A DNA stretch of 64,000 nt from the NCBI RefSeq assembly GCF_009914755.1, contig NC_060941.1, one strand, 5' to 3'. The notes under the pieces are model-generated. The model worked only from the letters and a program-made list of their open reading frames with translations. It made no database searches and had not been told where the DNA came from. Below are positions 31,416 to 47,216 of the stretch, one piece after another (the stretch's first letter is position 1; every line of letters begins with the position of its first letter). The position numbers and the translations under genes are program-made. The DNA is from the human T2T-CHM13v2.0 reference genome, Homo sapiens.

Positions 31416-32047
31416 TTAACCATTTATTTCCTAATTGTTTATATTATTTGCAACTTTTTGATATATAAATAACATTGTGATCCATACCTTCATTCATAAG
31501 TTTTATGCAAGACTGATTATTTCTTTAGAATGATGTCAAAGAAGTGGCTTACTAGTATAAACAGTGCAAATGGTCTAAAGGCTTTTAGTGTACTTTACCA
31601 AATAATTTCCAGAATAGCTTGAACAAATCCCACCAACAGTATGTTATTGTGCCCACGAAGTGGACTTGATAACAGTGAAGCAAATTCAACCACAAATCTA
31701 TTAGATTCTCATCCATCTCTAAACTGTCATGTCAAAGAAGCAAGGTATTCTTCTTCGTATTACTGGTGAGGAAGCCAAATTGGAATGCTTTTTAAAAATC
31801 ACTCAGCATTAGATCAGTAAAATAATCAACAGAAATGCTTCCCACAAAAAGATCTGGGTTTTTCAAAAAGAATTAAGAAGAGAGGGAAAAGTCAGTAGCA
31901 AATGACCAGAATTTTTTGTCTAAATTCTATTTCATACGTAGACAATCTCTCCTATTTATTTGACTTTGGCAATAAAAAACCAAACAACCTTGTACAGAAC
32001 AGTGAAAACGCCAAGAATGAAGCCTACAGTTTTACTGTAAGATAAGA

Positions 32048-32063
32048 GTGTGTGTGTGTGTGT

Positions 32064-32103
<40 letters not shown>
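32048..32103. repeat. (TG)n microsatellite
   Basis: Nearly pure TG run. Confidence 0.95.
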
Positions 32104-32105
<2 letters not shown>

Positions 32106-34970
32106 TTATTTATATTTAAAAGACTTCTCTCCATTTGGCGGTATCAACTCTCAGTTCCAGCCGTTAAATACAGACGTATTTTCAAAACTACATATTTACT
32201 TCTTCAAGATCTTCGATGCTGTCATCATCCACCTCTGGCTGTTTTTTCTGAATGATATCAATTATGCCATCTGTAGAGTCTTCCTGAATAATTTCATCCT
32301 CCCCTGTTACCGAGGTACCACAGGAGAATTTTTGAGCAGAAAAATCTTTGTGCTTCTTTAAGATCAACTTCAAAAGTTGCAAAGCCACACACTGTTTTTA
32401 CATATTTCTTCTTTGCTCTGGGAATTTTGGCTATAATAACCTTTTATGGTACAGTCTCCTTTTTTGGTTTTATTTGACCCCTTCCACCTCTCTTCTGTTT
32501 TTTCTTCTCCCCTTCCCCTGCTATTCCTTGACCCTTACTAATTCCACTTCTTGATTGGGTGAATTTTCTACAGTAAGTTTTTCAAATTCATTTCATTTAG
32601 CAACAACAGGCATATATTCACAGTACCCTGTTGGTAATGAACAGACTCTGCAATAAAGGACTCAAAGTGAGTAATCAGCATCTAACTTGGCACTGTTCCT
32701 TGGGCCTCCTTTGCAATCAGCCCCACTGGATTTAGAAATGCCAGCAGCCATTTCACAAACCCAGGTGGTCACACAGGCCCCGCTGCCTCTACTTCTACCA
32801 CTATGGCCAGTTGAAGTGACATACAGCTTGTCTTCCCTGGCCAGGGCCACCCGAGAGCAATGATAGATTCTTAATGTAGACAGAATAGCCTTCTGTGGGT
32901 AGCTGGTGCCACCTAGGACTTTCATAGCTAGAGAGAAGTCAATGCCTGCCTTGAGAGCCTCAAAAGACAGGCTGACACTCTTGTTAGGGACTAATGTAGC
33001 TGGTGACTTTCAGTTAAAGCCAATGTTCATTTACCATTCCAAAAATTCTAGGGCCCTTAAGAATGATGCTAAATCTACTCTACCTGTGCTCTGTAAATGA
33101 AGCAACAAAACCTGGATGATAGCACATCTGTTTACAGCATGGTTTACTGATTATTTTAAGCCCACTATTGAGATCTACACAGAAAAAAAGATAACTTTCA
33201 AAATACTACTCCTCATGGACAATACATCTAGTCACCTAAGAGCTCTGATGGTGACATACAAGGAGATTATTATTGTTGTCATGTCTGCTAACACAACATT
33301 CTTTAGGCCTTGGATCAAGGAGTAATTTTGACTTTTAAGTCTTGTAACTTAAGAAATACTTTTCATGAGGCTAGAACTCCCATAGATAATGATTGTTCTG
33401 ATGGATCTGGGCAAAGTAAATTGAAAAGGATTTTCAAGATTTTCATCTGGAAAAGATTCACCATTCTAGATGCCATTAAGAACATCTATGATTCATAGGA
33501 GGTCAATATTAACATTACTAGGAGTTTGGAAGAAATTAATTTTAACCATAATGGATGACCTTGAGAGAGGTTCAAGACTTCAGTGGAGGAAGTAACTGCA
33601 GATATGGCAGAAATAATAAGAGGACTAGAATTGTAAGTGGAGCCTGAAGATGTGACTGAATTGCTATCATCTCTTGATAAAACTTGAATGGATGTGGGGT
33701 TGCTTCCTATGGAAGAGCAAAGAAAATGGTTTCTTAAGATGGAATCTGTACTTGGTAAAGATGCTGTGAGCATTGTAAAAATAACAATAAGGGATTTAGA
33801 ATATTACATATACTTCGTTGATAAAGTAGTGCCAGGGTTTGAGAGGATTAACTCCAGCTTTGAAAGAAGTTCTCCTATGGGTAAAATCCTATCAAAGAGT
33901 ATCACATACTACAGAGAAATCTTTCATGAAAGGAAGAGCCAATTAATGCAGCAAACTTTATTGTCTTATTTTAAGCAGTTGCCACAGTCACCCATCCTTC
34001 AGCAATCACCACCCTAATCAGTCAGCAGCCATCAACATCGAGGGAAGACCCCCCTACACAAGCAAAAAGAGGATTCACTGGAGGCTCATGTGATCATTAG
34101 CATTTTTAACAATAAAGTATTTTTAAATTAGGGTATGTACATGTTTTTAGACATAATGCTATTGCACACTTAATAGATTATAGTGTAAACATAACTTTTA
34201 TATGCACAGGGAAATCAAAAAAATTGAGTGACTCACCTTATTGCTCTGTTTGTTTTATTTTGGTGACCTGGAACAAAACCCACAGTATCTCCAAGGTATG
34301 CCTTTATACGTACTTGTATTTCTTAGCTCTGTTCAGTGAGAACCCAAAAACAATGACACATCAATACAATAATCACAACTGGTGTCCAGATCTTTTTTCT
34401 TAATATCATTCTCCAATAAAAAGAACAGAGGCTTTTTAGAGAAGTAGATGATCCCAGAGGCAGGGAAAATACAAAATAAGTCTAGAACATCTTTTGGTGC
34501 CAAAAAGCAAGAACTTGCTCAAAAAAAGATAGAGGCTTCTTGAAATAACACAGCAGTCAACCTGAAGGAAATCCTAGTGACTAAAGCTGGAACAAATTGA
34601 GCAACAAAATTAATATAGTATTGAATTATAACCAATAGGATAAAATAAGCCCATACTTATTAAATCAATAATAAATAAATAAATGGGAGATAAGGGAGAA
34701 CTCTTTCTTCCAATAGGATTCTAATTAATAAATGTAGAAAGAAACAAAGAGGGGAATAGAAAATCACTATTAGGCAAACACTCAGGAAATACTGCTGCAG
34801 ACAAGATCCACTGATAGATACTAAAATTAATGGGCAAAAGTTTAAGGAGAAACAGGATTTGCATAGCCTCAAACATCTCCCTTAAGATATTTATTAACTA
34901 CAAAGGGAAAGATGATAGTAGAAGAACCTAGCAGAACCTTAACAAAGTGATCAAGGGCAACATTACCAGT

Positions 34971-35361
34971 TGTGTTAGGCCATTCTTGCATTGCTATAAA
35001 GAAATGAGACTGGGTAATTTCTAAAGAAAAGAGGTTTGATTGAATAGTCCTGCAGGCTGTATGAGCATGGCATGTGTCCAGCTTCTGAGGAGGCCTTGGG
35101 GAGCTTTCATTCATGGTGGAAGGTGAGATGCTAGCAGGCACATCACATGGCCAGAGCAGAGCAGGAGGTGGGTTGGGGAGGTGCTACACACTTTTAAATG
35201 ACCAGATCTTGTGAGAACTCACTCACTGTGGTGAGGACAGCACCAAGCCTTGAGGGATCTGCCCCCATGACCCAAACACCTCCCTCCAGGCTGCATCTCC
35301 AACATTGGGAATTACATTTCAGTCTGAGATTTGGGCAGGGACAAATATCCAAACTCTACCA
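34971..35361 (-). mobile_element. MSTA-like MaLR solo LTR
   Basis: TG...CA termini and a perfect 5-bp TSD ccagt (34966-34970, 35362-35366); sequence matches MST/THE1-type LTRs. Confidence 0.9.
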
Positions 35362-35542
35362 CCAGTAGAAAAACATCACTATCATGAACCCTGTGATATG
35401 ATCCACAAAGAGGGATAAAACACTCTTTTTCTGGTATTCTTGACAAAAATTCTCAGTTACATCATGAGAAAACATCAGACAAACCCAAAATGAGAGTCAT
35501 TCAACAAAATAACTGATCAGTACCCTTCAAAAGTGTCAAGAT

Positions 35543-35892
<350 letters not shown>

Positions 35893-37484
35893 CTAAAGAA
35901 AAATAACTAAATACAGTATGGGGTCCTGGATAGAATCCAGGAACAGGAAAAGACATAGTGGAAAAACTGTAAAATTTGAATAATGTCTATAGGTAATAGT
36001 ATTGCCAATGTTAATTTCCTGGTTTTGATAATTTTGCTATGGTTATGTAAGATGTTAATAATAAGGGAAGCTGGATGAGGGATAAATAGAAAGTCTGTGT
36101 ACTACTTTTGCAACATTTCTGTAAGTCTAAAGTTAGTTCAAAGTAAAAAATTAAAAAATAAATAAAAGTCCTACTGCCAAAAAAAAAAATGGTAGGGCTC
36201 CAAGCTGGAAAATTACTGAGGCAGAACTCTAGCCTGGGATCTATTCTTAGCATCTAGTCCCAGCATGAGGATTAGAATCAGAATTGAGGGACTAAGAGAA
36301 AAGGAAGAGAGAGTTGTTATTTATGGTGAGCCACCAAGTCCCAAAAATATTAAAAATCAAACTTTAGAGTTGGAAGGGTTTTGCTGATTAGGAAATCAAT
36401 CGGGTGGTAGTGAGGAAGAAGACATTCACAGAAGGAGTAATGAAAAGGAACATGGAGAGTAAGCGTGTGACAGCTGCAATATTAGTTTAAGTGATACAAA
36501 TGCCAGTCAGTATGGAAATTAGAATTTTATTTCCAAACAAATTTCAGATATTCAAAGCTGCCTTCACTTTATGTGAGATTAGCTTAATTCTGTCACTGAT
36601 CCTTCATTTGAAGTAGAAAATGGTCTATGGAGAGTGAAGGCCTGTGACTCAACGCAAGCGTGACATTTTTGCTGCCACTCAGTCCCTTTGATGAAGTTTA
36701 TGACTAGTTTTATCATTTTTTATATACAGCATTAAATCAAGAGATTTTATACACAAGGCTGTATTGACTTCTAGTCTTTTCTTTCTGTATATAGCCCACA
36801 GGCCTGCCCTTTTCTTTCTTCCCTCACAAGAGTAACCTAAAACTTACTTGCTATCTTCCTCCAAAGAAATAATGCAACTCTGCTCATATCAGATATGCTG
36901 TGGATGAAATTGTTTTAAGAAAAAGTTTAGGAATTTAACAGAAGGAAAAGTTGAAATGAAAAAAATAATGTAAGAAAGACATAGCTAAAAAATGAAATTT
37001 AAACAAGTTACTTTGAAAGACAAGAATTCGCCAAGGAGAAAGGTTTTACCTGCTGATTTATTATGAGTAGACTAATCCTGAACCATTCCCAAGGAGCTGT
37101 AATAGTAGTGACTATGTATGATGACTTTCTCAAAGGTGTAGGGAGTGATCTAATATCTCTTACCAAGCGCGCTGGTACTAATGAGAAACTGAAGGGAAAA
37201 AAATCTACATTTTCAGGCTTGTTTTCTATTTTTATACAGAGGGAAAGTTATACATAATATTAATAGAAAATTTGGAGGAAGTAACAGATGTTTTTGACAG
37301 ATTGTATGTGCATATACCTACTACGTAACTACTTTAAAAGTCTAGTAAATAATCTATTTTGAGCCACAGTGCAAATCTAATGAAGATGTTGCCTGAATTC
37401 TGCAGATGCATCAAGACTTTATATTTGGAATGCCAAAGAAATATCTAAAAATTAAAAGAGAGGCAGCCACAGAAGGTGCAACTT

Positions 37485-38483
37485 TATTTATTTATTTTTA
37501 ATATTCTTAGTTAAATTTTCTGCCTCATACCTTTGTGGATATCATATTTTTTACTATAATTCTAAGTAGTTATTGCTGGAGTCAAAAATGTTATTAATTT
37601 TTACAAGAAAATCTTGTACCAAAAATCTTGAACTCTATTAATTCTAATAGCTTGTTTTTCTCTATATAGATAACTATATATTTTAATAATAAAAACTATC
37701 TTTTCCATTTAAGTCTCTGCTCTTCCTATTTCTTTTCTTTTTCTTTATAGCGCTACCCACAATCACTCGTATTATATTGGATAGTAATGGTGAAAGTGGG
37801 CATCTTTGGCTTCTTTCCAATCTTTTTTTTTTTTTAAATTTTATTTTAAGGTCAGAGGCACACGTGCACATTTATTATATAGGTAAACTCATGTCACAGG
37901 AATTTGTTATACAGAGTATTTCATCACCCGGGCATTAAGCCTAGTACCCATTAGCTATTTTTACTGATCCTCTCCCTCCTCCCACTCTCCGCCCTCCGGT
38001 AGGCCCCAGTTGTTGTTTCCCTCTACATGCCTATGTGTTCTCATCTTTTAGCTCTCACTTATAAGTGAGAACATGCAGTATTTGGTTTTCTGTTCTTGCA
38101 TTAGTTTGCTAAAGATAGTGGCCTCCAGTTCCATCCGTGTTCCTGAGGAGGACATGATCTCATTCTGTTGTACAGCTGCATAGTATTCCATGGTGTATAT
38201 GTACCACATTGTTTTTATGCAGTCTGCCATTGATGGGCGTTAAGGTTGATTCCATGTCTTTGCTATTGTGAATAGTGCTGCAGTGAACATACGTGTGCAT
38301 GTGTCTTTATGATAGAATGATTTGTATTTCTTTGGATTTATACCCAGTAATGGGATTGCTGAGTTGAACGGTAGTTCTGTTTTAGGTCTTTGAGGAATCG
38401 CTACACTTTTCAACAATGATTGAACTAATTTACACTCCCACCAACAGTGTATAAGCATTCCTTTTTCTCCACAACCTCACCAG
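37485..38483 (-). mobile_element. 5'-truncated L1P with apparent 3' transduction
   Basis: L1 3' end at 37822-38483 with its own poly(A), then about 320 bp of extra sequence and a second A-rich tail, all inside the 17-bp TSD cacagaaggtgcaactt. Confidence 0.85.
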
Positions 38484-40245
38484 CACAGAAGGTGCAACTT
38501 CAGCATTGTCTTTTAGATGAAACATTCAGCCAAGAGCACAGATGGGTTTTTTTTAATAAAATCAGTAAAATAATGCTTTTTCTAAATATCACAATTTTTA
38601 TCTTTAAAATGGTATCTTCTTACTTTAGGATGTTGCAGCTGATTTTCTCAGCTGTGCTTAGCCTCAACATGTGGAATCAATTGAAGTGAAATATGATGAA
38701 AGTTTATATTGATGTAGAGGTTTGCTGTTTGCTTTTTATCAAGTGGAGATTTGTACCCATGTAGACCTAACCACTGGCATTCACTGTTCATTGAGAGGAC
38801 AGATCAATTGCTGACAGCCTTTCTCTTTAGGTTCCTTACATTCTGTTTAAGATAGATAAAATACAGTAGGTAAAATAATCACCAGTCTATCTGAAGAAAA
38901 GTGGAGATTTTTAAAATACAACCTCTGATTTCCACTTTCCATATTGTGCTCAGACTTCATTGCTTCACTCACAGGCAATTCCTATCTTCAGTTTTGTATA
39001 TGTAGTAACATTTCCTGTATTGTTTGGGGTTTTTTTATGTTTAATGAGAAGGATTTCAGGTGTTTAAAAAATATCGACATTTCCAACATGTGTTAGAAGA
39101 ACTAGGATGACCATACCAGTAGATGAGGAGTCTTTTCAAAGCAGAGCTCTTTAGTAGATGACTGGCAGATGCCTGATGAGTTAGAGGTGGTGTTCTCGAA
39201 GAGAGGCCTGAAGAGCTGGAGTTCATATGTCTATGAGTGCCCCTAGGACAGATTTCAGTTGCCGGTATATAGGCACAAAGCTAAGTAGCTGAAAAAGACA
39301 GTATACAGATCCTTAAGAATGATGGCAGTGAGGAGGATAAAGATGGTGATGATAAATGGCAGCATCAGCTGACATTGCTGTGATTAGTAGGTGCTGAGCA
39401 CCATGCTGAGTGCTTTCTCTACATTCAAGCTGAATCTCCCCCTTCCAGTTTGGTATTTTCTACACAGTCCAATCCCTTTTCTGGGTAGTAATGAGCCAGA
39501 AAAGTGGTCCAGATTAAAATCCCCTTTGTACTTGCCGTGGAGGCAAAGAGAACAGCCAGAAGACCTGGGGTGAGTGCTGTGCAGATTCTAACAAACAAAA
39601 AACAGACCCTAGAACTCCAGGTCCTAGCCAGGCAGCCCAGACCCTGGATGGTATTAATGCTTATAAATTTTCCATGTTCTTTGATTTTAAGACCTACATC
39701 TAACAAAAATCTCACTCCTTTCCTTCTTCCTTTTATCTAATTCTGATACTCTTTTTCTGTCTCTGCCTGGGTGCTCAGAAAACATTTAATGCTAATTTTA
39801 AAATCTGAATTACTTTATTTTTATAAGACTTAGTTTATAACACACCTGTAATCCAAAAATTGATAGAAGTATATGTGTTTGTTGAGACTAACATGATTTT
39901 TCTTGGATTATTTTATTCCTCATGCTTTGTTTAAAGATTAGACTATTTCCTATACTGCTCCATGCTGAATAAATGTTAGTGATATCAATGTAAGTCTTTA
40001 TTTTCAGACTTGCTTCCTATTTCTTGTAATCCAGAGGAAAACTCCATTTTTATTTACAAATTTTATTCTGGGTTATGATATCATATGCATACAATAGAAG
40101 TATCAAATTTCTGATCTTACATAAATCAGACGTTTTCTGAGTTAGTAGCTTTTATATTTACTTGGAAAAGTTGAGGAATGAAGAGACAAAAAAGTATTAT
40201 GTAATACTGAGATACTAAGTGATTTCTAGTATAATCACTCAATAG

Positions 40246-40581
<336 letters not shown>

Positions 40582-42734
40582 TAGAGCCCAAGTTCACCCG
40601 GGTCATACTATAAAAATGATTGATTTTATCACATTGCCAAAACTAAATGTTCCATAGCTGGATATCCTGTAGGGATACAGTTAACAGACAAGAGATTTTA
40701 CTTGCAAAAAAAAAAATCCAGCAGTAACTACTACTTCCTCTTTTCTTTATAAAAATTCTTATTCTTATTTCCAAATAGAATGCCTTTTCCTTGTCCTGAA
40801 GATAGTAGAGCTTTCAGTCCTTTCTGTGAAGTTTAAATAAGTCAGTAAATTTGTGGCTCCAACGCAGTGTTGTGAAGTTTCTATGGTTAGAAATCCCCCC
40901 TGTAATATGTAATATTAATAAAAAACATATTTTATTACCCCATCAGTTCATGTGAAGTGGAATGGCCTCCATGGTTACACAATGCTCTGTATAAACCAGA
41001 AATCATTTAACTGTACACTTTAAAATCTACTTAAGGGGCATAAGGGTATTTTACGGTGCATAAATTGTATTATAGGAGAGCTGTTATTTTTTAAAAGTGA
41101 AAAAAATTAAATGAGATCCATCTCCCATTCATGCTCATGCCTTTCCTCCCTTTTTCCTCTGCAGTTCTAGTGTTAGCAGTGGCCTAAGTGCAACCATTTC
41201 CTTGAAAATGGTACCTGCCTTCTTAAGTCTTCCTGCCCCATACTCTTAACAATGTTTTGTTAGTGCCAGAAGCCAAAGAAAAGGATGTGGGTATGCATAA
41301 AATTCCTGAGCAATCCTGTTTATTCCTGAGAGACTTAGACACCTTTCTCAAGGGCTTTGGAGGCACTAATAAGGAAAGATGGTTTATAATTTCTCCTGGC
41401 CATCATCTTCAGTTATTTCAGCTTCCATGCTGGTTACTTGGATATCAGAATTTCTCTTTCTCCTCTACTCTGATGACCTCTGTCACTACCTTTGCTACCT
41501 GTTACCTTTTTAAACATTGCCGTTTCTCCACAAGTATTTTTAAGCCTATTTCCTGGACATTCAGTCAATCTCTAAAACCTGTTAATTCTGCCTTCGTCAT
41601 GTTTCTCACACCCACTTGGCTCAATTGTTTCTAGCATCATTACCACAAGGACTGTTCATCTGCCCATAGCATCATATCTATAATTACCTCATCCTGGTCT
41701 TTCCTGGTTCTCGAGTTTAGTGCTCTTTCCACATCATGACACACTTACAAAATAATAAAACTTTGTATAGCATACTGGGATAAAAATTTATAACTCCTCA
41801 TTGCTGGACATGACTGGCCCTGAGGAGACAGCTCTGCCAAGCCTCAGATGTCCTGAGGGCTGAATTTTAAGTACACTTCTAAACCATTCATGGCACACCT
41901 GGAGGGGAAGTTCTTCCCCAGTCTCTCCAGTCTTCTAGACTTTATGTGTTTCTTCCAGATAAAGTTTTATAAAACACTTCTCTGATCACATAATTCCTCA
42001 ATTCATAATCCGCTGATTGCCTATTGCCTTCTGAATTAACTTTCAATTCCTTGTTCTGACATTCAAGATGCTTGATGGCCAGTATCCAACCTACTTTTCA
42101 GCCTTATTATTCACTGTTATCCTTAGGAACCCTGTGTTTATGTGTAAACTAAAATATTCACTAGTCCTCAAATACTTCCCTAGATTTTCCCACCTCCATA
42201 TATTTACTCATTATTTTCCTTCTTGATATACCTTCTTCTTAAATCTCTGCCTGTCAGAATTCCACCCATCTATCAAGGACCAGCTTAAATGCTACCTCAT
42301 TCATGAAATACCTACTGATCTACCTGCCCCCCTCCAGTCAGAAATGATGTCCTTCCAAATAACATTAGATCCTTTTTCAAAATATATATATGTATTTATG
42401 GTACATAACACATAATGTATAACAAGAATTTAAAATTATTATTATTAATATTTATTAAATATTTACCATATGCCAGATACACTTTGCAGTTTATAAGAAT
42501 TACTTTTGTACTTATCCCTTTGAGTAAATTGTATGTTATTGAAATTAGGAACTTTGTAAAATTCAGCTTTTATCCTTCATAGTGGTTACCTCACCTTGAA
42601 CATAGTAGGCATTTTAGGAAATATGTTTTGAACAGATAAGTGAATATAGAAACTGCTCACATGTAGGAGTACCTTGAAAGAAACACAGTGATACAAGGAT
42701 CTACACCTTACAGCCAATTCAAGAAGACTATCCA

Positions 42735-43041
<307 letters not shown>

Positions 43042-43834
43042 TCATATGTTTTATAGTTTTGCTACAAGATATATCTGCCTCTCATTTAGGTCTCCATAAC
43101 CAGCTTTAGTGATCTCTATTATAAATACTGTTCTAAGTGGATTTAATTACTTCATTTTATTTCCATGTTTTTAACTCACCCTTAAATCACCATTGTGAGC
43201 AATAGCTGGAAACACAATTTTCCAGCTGGAAATACTAAAATTTATTAGAGTGACCCAAAAGAACTCAAGAAATAAAGAAGAATATTTTTTTTAGAGATAG
43301 AACAAGCAAAATGGTAGATGTATAAGCAATAATATCAACAATTACATTACATGTAAATGGGCTAAGCACTTATATTAAAAGGTAGAAACTGTCAGACTGG
43401 ATAAAAAGCAAGACTCAACCATATGCAGTTTTTTAAATATAAAGACACAGATTGAAAGTAAAAGGATAGAGACTGTATAAACATGGAGCATAAGAAAGCT
43501 GGAGTGACTATAGTAATCTCAGACAGAGTAGACTTCAAGACAAGAAGTATTTCTAAAGAGGCATTTGATAAACATAAAAGGGCCAACTCATCAGGAACAT
43601 GTATTAGATGTATGCACCTAATAACAGAGGTTCCAAATTCATGAATCAAAAATAGACCAAATTAGAGAAGTAGCTATAGTCCCAACTGCTCTGGAGGCTG
43701 AGGCAGAACAGTGTAATTAATGACTATCTAGTTATTTAATGTTTAGCATATTTTTATCCCGCTAAACTATAAAAGCTGCATAACCATTGAAGACATAGCA
43801 GCTAGTATGGTAACTGGAACATAAAAGGAATTTA

Positions 43835-44123
43835 GGCTAGGCTTGGTGGCTTATGCCTGTAATCCCAGTGCTTTGGGAGGCCAGGGCAGGAGGATCACTT
43901 GAGCCTAGAATTCAAAACCAGCCTGGGCAACATAGCAAGTACCCATCTCAACAACAACACCAGCAGGCATGGTGGTGCACAGCTGTAGTCCCAGCTACTC
44001 AGGAGGCTGAGGCAGGAGGATCACTTGAACCCAGGAGGTCAAGGCTGCAGTGAACCAAGATCATGCCACTGCACTCCAGCTTGGGTAACAGAATGAGACC
44101 TGGTCTCAAAAAGAAAAAAGAAA
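43835..44123 (+). mobile_element. Alu (AluJ-like)
   Basis: ggaggatcacttgagcc / ggtcaaggctgcagtg diagnostics. Confidence 0.9.
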
Positions 44124-44219
44124 GTTAATCAGTGTAATTCATCATATTAACAAAATAAAGGAGAACATCCACATAATCGTTTCAATAAATGTACAAAAGC
44201 ATTTGACAAAATACTACAT

Positions 44220-44513
44220 CAGGGGTCCCCAATCCCTGGGCCAAGGATGGATATAGGTCCGTGGCCTGTTAGGAACCAGGCCACACAGCAGGAGGTGAGC
44301 GACGGCTACCGCCTGAGCTCCGCCTTCTGTCAGATCAGCTGCAGCATTAGATTCTCATAGGAGCACGAACTCTATTGTGAACTATGCGTGCAAGGGATCT
44401 AGGTTGCGCACTTCATCTAATGCCTGATAATCTGAGGTGGAACAGTTTCATCCCTAAACCATCCTCTCCACCCTCCACCCCAGAAAAATTCTCTTCCATG
44501 AAACCAGTCCCTC
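44220..44513 (+). mobile_element. MER1B (hAT-Charlie), right end truncated
   Basis: caggggtccccaa TIR; gtccgtggcctgttaggaacc...gcattagattctcataggagc. Confidence 0.85.
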
Positions 44514-44937
44514 CGAAGTACACCAATTAGTGATAAAAAGTACACAAACTAGGAGTAGAAGGAAGTTTAGTCTGATAAAGGACAACTCCAAAAATACATG
44601 TAGTGAAATGTTGAATGCTTTTTTCCCCTAAGGTCAAGAGCAAGACAAGAGTGTTCCCTCACTCTCACCACTTATATTCATCATTCCACTGGTGGTCCAG
44701 GCTAGTACAATAAGAAAATAAACAAGCATGCAAATAGTATAAATATTGGAAAGGAAGAAGTAAAACTGTCTTTATTTGCAGACAACATAATTGTTTACCT
44801 TAGCAAACTCTAAGGAATCTACCCAGAAAAAAGAAATCTGACTAGAACTAGTAAGCACAAAGCTTTAGGCTATAAAGTCAATGTACAAATATTTCTATAC
44901 TAACAACAAAATACTGAAAATGAAATTTTAAAACTAC

Positions 44938-45350
44938 GTGGCAGTTTTAAAACATGGCTACAAATTCTTTGACATTACTTCCACTAATAGTTCAACCTGG
45001 GTCCCCTCCCTTCATAACTGGGCAGGCTTGCAACTGCTTCAGCCAACAAAATGATGCTATGTGACAACTGAGGGAGGTCATAAATAGCCATGCAGCTTCC
45101 ATCTTGTTCACCAAACCACTTGCTTTGGGAGGCATGTATTGCCATATATGAAACCTGACTACCCTGAGTTCACCATGCTGCAAAGCACAAACCACAGGGA
45201 GAGTCTAGTTGACTGTCCCAGTGCTCATTCCTGCTCTGCCACCAAACATATGCTTGAATAAGCTTCCAAATGATTCCAACTTCCAACCCCCAGCCCCAGA
45301 CATTCAGGTAACCCCTTGCTATTCAATATAGCAACAAATAAGTAGAATAA
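44938..45350 (+). mobile_element. MLT1-type MaLR LTR
   Basis: gtggcagttttaaaacatggctacaaattctttgaca...cccttcataactgggcaggctt. Confidence 0.65.
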
Positions 45351-45548
45351 ATACGATTTTCAGTGGCACCAAAAAATATATAATACTTAAAAATAAATGT
45401 ATGAAAGATGTGTAAGACTTAGTGAAAGCACAGCAAAAATATTGCAGAGTGAAATTAAAGAACTTAGTAAGTGGAAGAGATATGTCATAAATGAGGATTG
45501 GAAGATGTCAGTTTTTTCTTAAACTATTCTATAGATTAAACATAATCC

Positions 45549-45850
<302 letters not shown>

Positions 45851-46002
45851 CACATAATCCCAGCAGAATTTTTCTGTAAAAATGGACAACTTTTAGAAAT
45901 GCAAAGTACCAAAAATAGCCAAAACATTCTTGAAGAAGAAAGTTGGAAGATAGGATCTGGTTTCAAGACGTACAGAATTACAGATTACTATAATAGTCAT
46001 GA

Positions 46003-46120
46003 CAGTGATATGCTAGTAAATGTTTAACATCCAGCTCAGGGATGGGGGGCTGATTTGATGCTTAAAAGTTTAGCAATCAGCTCTCATGAGCCAGCTTGAG
46101 TCAGGTCCAAAATTCCACAG
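46003..46120. mobile_element. MER63-like (hAT-Blackjack) fragment
   Basis: cagtgatatgctagtaaatgtttaaca...gggctgatttg, homologous to the copy at 49698. Confidence 0.6.
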
Positions 46121-46752
46121 ACAGGATTGTATTCATACAAGGATAGAAAATAGATCAATGGAACAGAATAGAGAATCCAGAAATAGACCCACATATGCAG
46201 TCAATTGATCTTCTCTAAGATGCCAAGGCAATTAGAGAATTCTTGTCATCAGATGGTACTGGAACAACTAGATAAATGTTTGGGGAAGGGGAAATAATCT
46301 CAATCCTTACTTCACACTATACACCAAAATTAATATGAGATGGATCACAGACCTAAATAGAAAAGTTGTATCTCTAAAGCTAATAGAAAAAACATAGAAT
46401 ATCTTCACAAACTTGGAATAGGTAAAGATTTCTTAAGGACACAAAGTATCACTAATTATATAAAAATGATGACAAATTAGACTTCATCAAACTTAAAAAT
46501 ATTTGCTCAACAAAAAATACCACTAAGAAAAAGGAAAAGCAAGTCACCAAAGAGGAGGAAATATTCACTATGTTTCTGTGTGTGAGAGACAAAGCACTTG
46601 TATCTACGATACATGTAGAATGCAAACAGTTCAGTTTTTAAATGGACAAGCGATTTAGACACTTTACAAAAGAAGATACGTCAACAGCCTACAAGCACAT
46701 GAAGAAGTGTTTAACATGAGTAATCAGGGAGATGCAAATTAAAATTACAATG

Positions 46753-46796
46753 AGAATACCACTTCACACCCATTAGAATACCACTTCACACCCATT
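46753..46796. repeat. 22-bp perfect tandem duplication within L1
   Basis: agaataccacttcacacccatt x2. Confidence 0.95.
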
Positions 46797-46921
46797 AGAA
46801 TGGTTAAAATTTAAAAGAATGAACATCCAGTGTTGGTAAGGATGAGAAACAACTGGAACTCTAATACATTGCTGGTGGGACTATACAATAGCGCTACTAC
46901 TTTGGAAAACTATTTGTCAGT

Positions 46922-47216
46922 TTCTTTTTTTTGAGACAAGGTCTCTCACTCTGTAGCCAAGCTGAAGTGCTGTGGCATGAGCACAGCTCACTACAGCCTC
47001 GACCCCCTCGGCTCAAGCAATCCTCCCACCTCAGCCTTCTGAGTAACCGGGGGCTACAGGCATACACCACCATACCTGGCTAATTTTTTTTTTTTTTCAG
47101 AGATGGGGGTCTTGCCATGTTGCCCAGGCTGGTCTCATACTCCTGGGCCCAAGCAGTTTTCCCGCCTCAGCCTCTCAGAGTGCTGGGATTATAGGCATGA
47201 GCCACCACACCCAGCC
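46922..47216 (-). mobile_element. Alu (AluJ-like)
   Basis: Minus-strand Alu; cagtttctt flanks both sides. Confidence 0.92.

Noticed and set aside
32188-32925. DENR-like ORFs as a functional retrogene
   Set aside because: Stop at codon 30, a second stop, a deletion and a frameshift.
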